64,000 nucleotides of DNA from Naegleria gruberi (Eukaryota), in NCBI GenBank assembly GCA_000004985.1, contig GG738869.1; one strand, given 5' to 3'. The notes beneath the pieces are model-generated. The model saw nothing but the letters and a program-made list of their open reading frames with translations. It was not told the origin of the DNA and did not search any database. Positions 18,829 to 28,045 of the stretch are shown here, piece by piece. Numbering within the stretch: position 1 is the stretch's first letter; every line of letters starts with the position of its first letter. Position numbers and translations under genes: made by a program.

Positions 18829-21170
18829 ATGCTGCTTGTTTGGCTCCTACCTCATCACTTGCTGTTGCTTTTTGTTATTTACTCCTGAATGCGTTGCTAT
18901 CTTATATATGATTGTGATGTGTTTAATTAATAAGTTGGAGTGGGAGCAGCAACAGGGTAATAAATGTAAGTACCTACGATTTATTTGAAATTTTACCTTA
19001 ATTCCATTTCATAATTGACACCATGGAACATTTAAGGTGAAATCTTCACCAAAATAATAATTTGAAATAGTCAGTTTTGGAAAATGATGTCAGAGAATTT
19101 GATATTTATGAGTGTAATCTTTTCACATTTCAATTTGGTTGGTGCTATACATTCCATCATCAAGACTTAAGGTCCTGCCATTAATTAGAAACTGTGATGC
19201 AAGAAATAGTAACTGTTGTTGATGGAACTGTTTTAGAAGATTTAGCAAGTATTAATGTTGTCTACACAACAGCAACTGTTGCCATCTAAATCCTTACAAC
19301 TCTGAAGGTGAATTCATTTTGAAATATGATCCTCCAAGGGAAACTATGTTCATTCTCACTGATTAAAAGCTGATTTTACCGTTTGATTTGAGTGTAGACA
19401 TTTACAATAGATGATTCTCTTACACATACAGAGGTGAAAGAGATGCACTGATGATGTTCTTTCAACTCTTCAGTTTTGACTCAAGTCAAATTGTCTATTC
19501 AGTGGAAGGTATGGATGAGTTATCTATATAGTAGACACTTATAACTTTAGAATTAGAAAGCTATCAATTACCAATAAGACTATCATATTTATTACTTATC
19601 GGTGGACAAGAAGAAGGAAAACTTTGGAAATGAATATTACTGATACTCTTGCTCAACCAACAGGACTTGCTTTTTTCAGAATTCTGAACATGCTTCAATT
19701 AACACCATTCCATATACATTGCCTACAAGTTTTACATCAAGATTGTCAATGATCTTACAATAATTGCAAGATCTAGTGCTCCACCAACTCCAGGTCTGAG
19801 TTAGCAGCTCCTGTTCCTACTCTCAATACAACTATTGCCCCAACAAGTATTGCAGTTGGTGAGGATGGAAAAGTAACACACCCTCAAAATGTTAACACCT
19901 GCTCCAACCTGAACAATTTTTGTCGTGGCTAATACTGGATAATATCGGTCCTATTGAGGATGATGGCTTGGCTATTAGTTCTTCATTTATTACTGTTTCC
20001 TCTGAGGAGATTATTCTTGCTGATTGTATGAACAATAGAATTAGAAAGATTTGTGGAGAGGGAGTCATTACTACCAGTGGCTAATGCCTATGACTAAGAG
20101 AGATGTTTGAAAGTAATTGACCTAACCTTTCATTTTGCGTATTGTATGGAATGAAATGTCTCTAGTCAAAGAAGTGTTTTTGAGAATTGTGAATAGTGCT
20201 TCAGTGATCGTTTGGGCTCTTGTTGATGGTAAGGAAATGAGTAGAGATATCAAAAAGATTGCATATGATTTTGCCTTCTTTACTATTGATGTTTCACAAG
20301 TTTGCCAAGGAATTGTAGTCATTCAAGTTATGTTAATATTCGTAAAAAAATTGAGAAAATGACTCTTTGCCACCTTGCTGATTTTCGAAGTGGTTTCTCA
20401 GCACCAAACTTTCACATCATCATCTAAACATCAATTTAGTAGTAATATAGTAATTTTTATTGGAGTATTTTCTTCATTATTTTGGAATTTATCTTCATGA
20501 TGAAAAATCACAAGTTGATGAATCATCAGAACATTATTGTTGTTTTCCATCAATATAATAATTTTATTTGTGGAAATTAATATATAGTAATGAAATTACA
20601 CTAAAATCTTCATCACCGTTGGATTTAATGGAAAAGTTGGAAAACTATTAATGTGGCATTGTTGGAAATGGACAATAGTATGATATAAAACTTTGTTTGA
20701 TCACTTTTCATCAAGTATTGATAGAGATAGGTACATGTGAATTTTGAAAACTAACATGAACATTACTCCATGTGTACTTCAACCAACTTGAATACAATCT
20801 TATAGAACTACTAGTACTATTTAAATCACGAATAAACACCATATTCATCATCAAATATTCGTCATCTTGTCGATTACGGAATTTCATTCCACCAGTGTTG
20901 ATTCGGGCCCAACAACAAAATATTAACAATAAAACAATTACCAATACTATTGTTTACATGTTTTATGTTAAATGATCGTAACGATCATCAAGATCATCCT
21001 GTTTTTATTGCATTTCTCATGATAATCAGAAATGTCACAGAGAGTGCCACATATCCATTCTACTCTCAATAAATAATAGTTCCTTTTTACACATGTGCAA
21101 CTTTGCTTATAAACATGATGAATTCATATATTAAAGACTCCAAAGGCTAGTATAATCCTCAATGTGATGT
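18829..21170 (+). pseudogene. 5' arm of a decayed NHL-repeat receptor paralogue (related to the intact gene at 30615..34371)
   Basis: A signal-peptide-like MLLVWLLPHHLLLLFVIY starts at 18829 behind an A-rich context. Stop- and frameshift-interrupted NHL blades follow. 19519-19566 reads VIYIVDTYNFRIRKLS (intact gene: NIYFIDYYNYRLRKLS). A frame-shifted VDKKKENFGNE matches intact GDGKNENNGDG. 19971-20081 reads ADCMNNRIRKICGEGVITTSG followed by TAA. 20772-20975 contains IFIIKYSSSCRLRNF. The 3' limit is approximate. Confidence 0.65.
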
Positions 21171-21329
21171 CTAATAATACCATTACAACTTAAAGATAAT
21201 TATCTTATAATTTCATTGAATATGAATTGAATTTGTAAATTGACATAAAACAGTGGTTTATTGTAATTTGGTTTAAAAATAGCTTTCTAAAGCACCTTGT
21301 TGTATCTTGTTGTGACATTTACTAAAAAA

Positions 21330-22385
21330 ATGGCAAAAGCACCAGCACAAATTGTTATGGAGAACAAATTGCGGAAATCATTAACATTAAAACAATTCAT
21401 AGAATTATCCAAGTCTACAAGAAAAAGGAGATTAGATAATCTTCGTAAGAAATTCTTTAATTCAAATTTATTTAAATATTCTTGGAGTAAATGGCGAGAT
21501 GCTATTATCGGAACAAACAATTCAATCCAATATTTATTAAAACAAAGAAAAAACATAAAAAATAATTTATCAACATCTACAATTGATACAATAATTCAAC
21601 AATTAAAAGAGGAAAGGAACAAATCTACAAAAAAAGAATCCAAAAAAGATTTTGAAAAAAAAATTAATAATTTATTACAATCTAAAAATTTATTCAAAAT
21701 CAATGTTAATTTGATATTATGTAGTAATTTGGCTAATACTATTCAACTAATGTTTTTAAGAAATATACTTCCCGAAAATACCACTACTGAGGTAACCAAT
21801 ATATTGGATAAAATTAACCAAAGAAGATCAAAGGAAAATTATTATATAGGAAGTTGGGGAAAGAGTTCTTCTTTTCTATTTAAAACTAATGACACTATTT
21901 TTAATGAATTATCTTCTCAATTTATTAAAATTATTAATTTATTAAAAAATTATGTTTTGGAAATATTGAAATTTGGAAATAACAAGATGAGGAAATTCTT
22001 AGAAAAATACAATAGTAGTGATTTTTTATCAATTTATCCGACAGTGTGTTTTAATTTTTTGGATAAATCTGTAGATGAAAATAGAATTCTACATATTCAT
22101 CCGGATAAGGAAGACACTGGAACTAGTCTAATTTTTTACTTTGGAAAGTTTAAAGGTGGAGCAATCTCATTTCCTGAATTAAATTTTAAGCTTATGGTTC
22201 AATCAGCAGATGTTTTATTGTTTGATGGTAAGAATAATTTACATGCTGTTGAATCACTTCATGGTAAAGATGATGTTAGATATTCCGTTGTATTCTTTGC
22301 TCATAAAGCAGACTTGGGTAAAACTAGTTATCCCATGAATAGAGGAGAAGTTATGAAAGGTATTAAGAATAAAATCAATAATTAA
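21330..22385 (+). CDS. TET/JBP-family Fe(II)/2-oxoglutarate dioxygenase (NgTet-like 5-methylcytosine oxidase candidate), 351 aa
   Basis: The track start at 21297 is TTG; the true ATG is at 21330 (aaaaaaATG). The C-terminal core reads HIHPDKEDTGTSLIFYFGKFKGGAISFPELNFKLMVQSADVLLFDGKNNLHAVESLHGKDDVRYSVVFFAHK. It carries the HxD ... H ... R pattern of the double-stranded beta-helix. It parallels my recollection of Naegleria Tet1 (HKD...LFYFGNF...GDVLFF.G...H...R...VYFAHK). The N-terminal half is Lys/Asn-rich. Confidence 0.8.
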   Translation: MAKAPAQIVMENKLRKSLTLKQFIELSKSTRKRRLDNLRKKFFNSNLFKYSWSKWRDAIIGTNNSIQYLLKQRKNIKNNLSTSTIDTIIQQLKEERNKSTKKESKKDFEKKINNLLQSKNLFKINVNLILCSNLANTIQLMFLRNILPENTTTEVTNILDKINQRRSKENYYIGSWGKSSSFLFKTNDTIFNELSSQFIKIINLLKNYVLEILKFGNNKMRKFLEKYNSSDFLSIYPTVCFNFLDKSVDENRILHIHPDKEDTGTSLIFYFGKFKGGAISFPELNFKLMVQSADVLLFDGKNNLHAVESLHGKDDVRYSVVFFAHKADLGKTSYPMNRGEVMKGIKNKINN

Positions 22386-22439
22386 ATTTTAAATAATTAT
22401 TTAAATAATTTTTATAAATAATTTAATTGTATTAAAAAA

Positions 22440-23760
22440 ATGTCTCCACACTTTAACCTCGAATTTTATTCGAGAAGCACAACAGTAATAGATGAAAGCA
22501 CTCTCGGTGGGCTTGATTTGATAATAACACACTTATACATCCTCTTGTAGGAGTATAATTAGTGTTGTTGTTGTGAGTTGAGGACGTTATTTTAATTCCT
22601 TTTCCCTTCTTCCAAAGTTTCCTGTTCAAACTTTGTTGCTTCCGTAAATCATATTATCAACAGGAAAGATCATTTAACTGCGAGCATCGTTGTTGGATAC
22701 AAACTATGCATTGACAATTCTTTTAATTATCTTGAATGTTTGGTAATTGATGGCAATGTTCATATAATCAACTCTCACCAAAGAAGAATTCTAAAATATA
22801 TCTAATGATCAGGCTGTTGATTTTCAACAACATACAGGTATTCGGAGCTATTGTAAAATAATTGTTTTACTTTGATGATTCAAATGGTTTTCAACAACTA
22901 ACATAATTCTTATCCATCTTGCAAAAAAAGAGGATACCATGACAGCAATCAACTTATATCAATATTGAAAAATCATTAGGAAATTATTCAGAAGTAGCAT
23001 GCATTGTAATTGTTGCGTTCAAAACATTTCTCAACATTAAATTCTTTCTCCACAATCAAACCCTGCTCAGCAACAATCAGAAGAGGAGCCATCTTTTAAT
23101 CTAACTTGCCATCTATGTTGAAGGAATGTACATTTAGAAATCAGTGATGTTCACCCTGAATGTGATGGATCTTTTTCTGGCTACTTGTATTGGTTGCTCC
23201 AGTAATTGCACATATGGAGGCTCTTTTAATGTTTCCAATAACCAAACTATGCTGGTGATTCCACTCCCAACCAAAACCCTATCAAAAAGAATTCTTCTAT
23301 ACAACTAGTATGAGTCATAGAGCTGTTGTCTTTCGTCCACTTTTAATAATAATATATGGTATGCTTTTGTTCAGGCTGTAATGTTTCGAGTGCAATTCAA
23401 CACCAGTGTTTTCATTCCAACCATGATTGGATCATATCTCCAAAGAGGACACTGGGTATTATTACTATTTAAAGTTGGCTACTAATAGTGAAATCTACTT
23501 GTTCGATCCAATGTTGGATGCCAAGTTCACTAGTGCTGAGCTGGCTATTGATATTTCAGATATCCTTTTTGTTTGTTGTCACTACCACCCTATTATTCAA
23601 CTTCTAGGTTTACGTTTCAAGAATCATGGGTTTATTTGGTTTAAGATGTTATGTTTCAGTATTCACGTAAATATGATGCAAGGAGGACACTTATTGCTGC
23701 TGTGGTGGTAATAGTAGCATTACCTTAGGTGTTGTAGTGTATACTACTTCATCATCTATT
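22440..23760 (+). pseudogene. 3' arm of the same decayed NHL/EGF receptor paralogue
   Basis: 22506-22547 reads GGLDLIITHLYILL followed by TAG (intact gene: NLALIDHNLYILCD). 22740-22802 reads LVIDGNVHIINSHQRRILKYI followed by TAA (intact: GDFLITETNSHLVRRVSKG). 23158-23184 reads ECDGSFSGY, an EGF-like Cys repeat remnant. About 23690-23750 encodes a hydrophobic IAAVVVIVALPLGVVV-like transmembrane remnant. There are many in-frame stops. The order of remnants matches the intact gene. Confidence 0.6.
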
Positions 23761-24134
23761 AATACTTATTCTCCAATTACTCAAACAAAGACAATTTCAA
23801 TCAACATTCACTATGTCAGTGCTTAATTATTCCAAGTTGTACTAAAACAACATCACTAACAAGGTGCTAAACAACTATGCTTTCCATTTCAACGCAGAGG
23901 CATATGTCTTGCGTTTGGGGCAGAGATTTAGTGCTTGAATAGTGGTTAAACAACAATGGATGGGCATTTTGGCAACTGGTTTTCAGTAGCTTCACATTCA
24001 TGTTGTTTGACTTAACAAACACTTTGGCTGCAATCTATTCACTCTTTATCCATCATTTATTCATCATTTACACCAATACTGTATTGTTTACATTTTGTAT
24101 GCTAGCTGGTTATTATTATTAATCATTAAAAAAA

Positions 24135-26864
24135 ATGGGAGTAGCGACACTTTTTACCAAAGCTGACGTTTTAAATTCCCACAACATCAAAAAGCAAAAA
24201 GAAACCAAACGTCCTGCCTTTGAAGGTGATAATGATAGATCGATTGTGGCGGCAATTAAAAAAACAAAACAACAAGCATCCAACGACTTTGAGTATTACA
24301 AGACATACAAAGAAACAGATTTCACTAATGAACAGAATTTTAGTTCAATAATTTATCAGATAATGCTAGTTCTATTGCCCTATTTTGTTTTTAAAATAAC
24401 CTCAGGATTATTAGATTTTGAATCAATATTATTATACTTTCTAGTCTCCACAAAAAAAGGCAAAGATTTATTAGCACAAGCCAATCTATATAGTACTGAG
24501 GGTGTTTCTTGGTGTGAAGCAATAGTATTTAAAGCAATTTGTAATGCAGATATAAGTATAGGGAGTTATGGTAGATTTATTGGTTGTTTAGAAGAATCTA
24601 GTAAATCAGACACATCCAGAAATAAGAAAAAGGCAAGACATTTTTTACCATCACTCTCTACAATAACAAAATATTCAAGTAGTTTACATCAAGTATTAGA
24701 TATCAATCATGCTGCAGATAGCGAAGGACTTTATTGGAGAATATTTTGTTCATCCATAGAACTTAATGACAGGACATTCAGATATGCAACGCTTCAAAAT
24801 GCAGAATTGTTTTTATTCTCATTTATTCGCTACCATGAAATGATCATAGGAGAATATATCTTCTTTGTAAAGATAAGATGTACTGTTGATGGTTCACCTT
24901 TAGAGGGAGCCTGTACTGCGTATGATATTGTATTAATTCATCCCAAGATAGATCCATTTTGTGCTCGTAATTATATTTCTGTTATTATTGCCGAGCCTAA
25001 AGAGGAAATAGCGTTCAAATTAAACATCTGGGATTTCTCTCGCCAGTTAATGCGTATCACACAGTTGAAATACTCTGTACCTAATGAAGAAACAAGAATT
25101 ATTCCTGTAAAATTTATTACCAACCCTGATAAGGGCGCCTTTAACAAAATTATAGATGTGGAAAAGGTAACGCCAATTTGTGATCCTATTTTTAATTTGG
25201 TAAATCTTTATTGCCTATTATCAATGATTTTCAATACAGATAATTCCTTAATACTACCTCTAATTCCAACAATAAGAGGAGATTGTAATAATGATAGCAA
25301 CAAAGCAAAAGGACAAGCAAATCTAGCAAAGGTTATGGAAATTAAAAAGATTATGCCTGAAACGTTACCTTATTACCACAACATTCCAACAAAATCCCAA
25401 ATATTTACTGATTTTCAATTAGATGAAGATTCTATTTTTTTAATTGAAAAATTTATCATTAAGAAACCTCAAACAGATTATTTATGTTGTATGTTTTGTT
25501 ATTTAACTAAACAAACAAAAAGAATAGCATTGAAGTATCCTGATTTGTGTACATGGAAATGGTACAGATCAAACGAAAGCTCAAGTAATGCTTTAGGCTG
25601 GCCTTTTAAAAGTTTTTCATGGTGTCTTTCGCATGATATAAGAGCCTGTGGTCAGAATCTTATTGAAGAAGAGGTGGGACAAATTGAAGAAGATAGACAA
25701 TATTTTGCCAAATTATTCAGTTCTGAATCTCCAATTGCCTCTTTGAAATGTGGTTCTAAAAAGCTAATTAATGAACAACTAGATGCCAACCTTGTTTCTG
25801 AATTTGAGTTTTGTCAATGGAGTGTATTTGAATTAAAGGTGAAAGAAGAAAAAAAGAAAAACAAAACAGGAACAGAGCTACGAACTAGTTCAGTTAAACT
25901 AATCTATGATCAGATTTTGTTTAAACAAATAGACAAAATTATAATGACAATAGATGTTTGGTATCCTCATTGGCTCACATATCGAGAAAACAAACAATTA
26001 CAGGTTTGTCAATCCCTTAACAATAATCAATCATTTGAAGATTGTACAAATGAAGAACACTCCAAGCGAGGAACATACAAACCAAAAAACTATGAACATA
26101 TATGGAAAGCTCTTCAAAAAACATACATTACTCTTCGCCAACCAAAATCTAAATGGTTAGAATGGAAGAAAACTGGATATCAAGAGCCATTGCTAATATT
26201 TAAGAATTTAAATAAGGTTTGGATAAAAGATATTTTAGGAAGAATATCAGAATATTTACACATTCATCAACATGCAGATATTGTGTTCGATGAAGTAGAA
26301 GAATCATTCGTAACAACATCAAACATTGGATCTGAATCTAAAAATTCTTTAAGAAGGAAGCGTCATGTTTCATTTGGAGTTAATGGTGGTTTAAGACATC
26401 CTTGTGATGATTCTTTATATTATGACAGCAAAAGAATTCTTAATGAATTGAAGATCCTTGCTGAGACTCCTAATATTATTGCAAGACAAGATGAGATCAA
26501 AAGAAAACAAGTTTCCGAAAAAGAAAAACTCACACAACCAAAAAAGAAAAGAAAATCTGAAACTACTACACAACCCAATCCAATAAGCTCAACCAATTCC
26601 TCAATTAATTATATCAATCCTTCCCTATTACAACCTCTACTTCCAGATAATTTTAATTCAATTACATTACACAATCAACACTCCTTCTCACCTCCTATAT
26701 ATATTCATCCTCTTCAACTCCAACCTCCACTAACTAACAATTTAACATTTTCTCAATTCAATCCTTCTCAAAATTCCAATAACCAACCAACATCTCCTTA
26801 CCAACCATCATCTCCATTTTCATTCTTTTCATCCTCCAATCCATCACCAAACTCCTTTTTATAA
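24135..26864 (+). CDS. 909-aa protein with DDE-transposase-like motifs and a Cys cluster (candidate CACTA/Plavaka/KDZ-like transposase or domesticated derivative)
   Basis: Intact ORF with aaaaaaaATG context. IRCTVDGSPLEG (D252, nt 24888-24890) is followed by a hydrophobic strand and ..IIAEPKEE... This parallels the DG(F/V)xPF ... WPV ... IPGPK block of EnSpm/CACTA-type transposases as I recall it. Second acidic candidate: FITNPDKGAF (D332). Cys/His cluster: CCMFC...C...C..H....C at aa 451-505, followed by SHDIRACGQNLIEEE. The tail is low-complexity and Pro/Ser/Asn-rich. The family assignment is tentative. Confidence 0.4.
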   Translation: MGVATLFTKADVLNSHNIKKQKETKRPAFEGDNDRSIVAAIKKTKQQASNDFEYYKTYKETDFTNEQNFSSIIYQIMLVLLPYFVFKITSGLLDFESILLYFLVSTKKGKDLLAQANLYSTEGVSWCEAIVFKAICNADISIGSYGRFIGCLEESSKSDTSRNKKKARHFLPSLSTITKYSSSLHQVLDINHAADSEGLYWRIFCSSIELNDRTFRYATLQNAELFLFSFIRYHEMIIGEYIFFVKIRCTVDGSPLEGACTAYDIVLIHPKIDPFCARNYISVIIAEPKEEIAFKLNIWDFSRQLMRITQLKYSVPNEETRIIPVKFITNPDKGAFNKIIDVEKVTPICDPIFNLVNLYCLLSMIFNTDNSLILPLIPTIRGDCNNDSNKAKGQANLAKVMEIKKIMPETLPYYHNIPTKSQIFTDFQLDEDSIFLIEKFIIKKPQTDYLCCMFCYLTKQTKRIALKYPDLCTWKWYRSNESSSNALGWPFKSFSWCLSHDIRACGQNLIEEEVGQIEEDRQYFAKLFSSESPIASLKCGSKKLINEQLDANLVSEFEFCQWSVFELKVKEEKKKNKTGTELRTSSVKLIYDQILFKQIDKIIMTIDVWYPHWLTYRENKQLQVCQSLNNNQSFEDCTNEEHSKRGTYKPKNYEHIWKALQKTYITLRQPKSKWLEWKKTGYQEPLLIFKNLNKVWIKDILGRISEYLHIHQHADIVFDEVEESFVTTSNIGSESKNSLRRKRHVSFGVNGGLRHPCDDSLYYDSKRILNELKILAETPNIIARQDEIKRKQVSEKEKLTQPKKKRKSETTTQPNPISSTNSSINYINPSLLQPLLPDNFNSITLHNQHSFSPPIYIHPLQLQPPLTNNLTFSQFNPSQNSNNQPTSPYQPSSPFSFFSSSNPSPNSFL

Positions 26865-26897
26865 AATAAAAGGAATAATTTAAATTATAATAATTGT

Positions 26898-27659
26898 TTA
26901 ATATTTATTCCATTTAACAGATTCATCAAGCATAGAGCAGAAATAATCAAATTCAATTCTAATCATCTTCTCTTCAGGTTTGTAAATTAATTTAAATTGA
27001 TTAATTCCAAATTTCCATAAAATACCATCATGCTCCCATTTAAATGCATACCACTTATCACTAAACAAAGGAGGAAGGCTATAATTTCCAGCAAACAACC
27101 AATGATATGTTATCTTTGGAACTATTCTTCCTTCCCTTGCAATGCCACCCTCAATCAACATCTCTTCTTTTAAAATGCTATATGGTTTTGCCTTTTGTAT
27201 TTGATAATCAAAGAATAGCTTTGCTTCGTGATCATCTGTTACAGAAACATAATGTTGATGATGCCACTTGACATTATGGGTTGTATCTGGCTGAGCATTT
27301 CTAATAACTACCTCCTCAATAGTTCTCGGAAGTACCTTTAGGTATCTTGTTGCATAATATTCATCAGAATATTTTTCATCCATTATCTCACGCAGTGTTA
27401 TTGTTGGTAGGGAAGTATCAAAAAAGTATTCAAGTTGTTGTCTTTTCTCTAATGGTATGTTCACTTTCTTACTCTCTTCACTGCCTTCAAGAATGTTTGT
27501 TACTTGGCGTTTAGCTGTTTTCAAATCATCAACCTTCTCTACAACAAAACGTATTTTGTTTGTATTGTTATTCTTCTCCAACGATTTATTCATAGCTACC
27601 CTCTTACTTTTGCTCAACCTGTATACTTCAAACGTTACTTCTGTTTTGTTGGTGACCAT
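26898..27659 (-). CDS. Hypothetical protein (orphan), 253 aa
   Basis: Uninterrupted ORF with an ATG start; no recognisable motif. The Trp/aromatic-rich C-terminal half (WYAFKWEHDGILWKFGINQF) suggests a folded domain. Confidence 0.45.
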   Translation of the reverse strand: MVTNKTEVTFEVYRLSKSKRVAMNKSLEKNNNTNKIRFVVEKVDDLKTAKRQVTNILEGSEESKKVNIPLEKRQQLEYFFDTSLPTITLREIMDEKYSDEYYATRYLKVLPRTIEEVVIRNAQPDTTHNVKWHHQHYVSVTDDHEAKLFFDYQIQKAKPYSILKEEMLIEGGIAREGRIVPKITYHWLFAGNYSLPPLFSDKWYAFKWEHDGILWKFGINQFKLIYKPEEKMIRIEFDYFCSMLDESVKWNKY

Positions 27660-27779
27660 AGAAAATACTTGTTTGTTTTGTTTTGATTTTGTTGTTGCTC
27701 ATGTTGTTGTTGATATGTGGTGTTGTTGATGTTATTGTATTTTTTTTTACGTGAGTTTACAAATTGAAAAACAAGCAAG

Positions 27780-27794
27780 AATGAAACGCGGTGA
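27780..27794. repeat. Right copy of the inverted 15-mer (AATGAAACGCGGTGA) with patchy extension from about 27748
   Basis: It is the exact reverse complement of 18168-18182. It lies about 120-135 nt upstream of the minus-strand gene starting at 27659. Confidence 0.5.
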
Positions 27795-28045
27795 AATTAC
27801 GATCAGGATTTGAAAAAATATCAAAAAAGACGTTACATAACAAACAAACCTCGTAACCGATCATCAACACTTGTACAACTTGACTCTTAACAAGTATTGT
27901 TGTTGTGGGAAGATTTTAATCTTCGTAACAAACTTCATCATCATCCGACTTTTTTAAAAACTCTCTTATCATCATCAACAAGAAGTGATTTTGTACTAGT
28001 ATTGTATTTTGGTAGTTTAATTATAATACAAGAAGATTAACCATC

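Noticed and set aside
20122-20362. Overlapping 66-aa (minus) and 75-aa (plus) ORFs, and the 94-aa ORF at 23427-23711
   Set aside because: They lie within the decayed receptor paralogue. They are short, have alternative-codon starts and show no motif support. They are most likely chance open stretches in pseudogene DNA.
22434-22440. A7 run about 50 nt after the TET stop codon, considered as a poly(A) remnant of a retrocopy
   Set aside because: A-runs before ATG-like triplets are ubiquitous in this genome. No target-site duplication matching the sequence after the A-run was found upstream of the TET gene.
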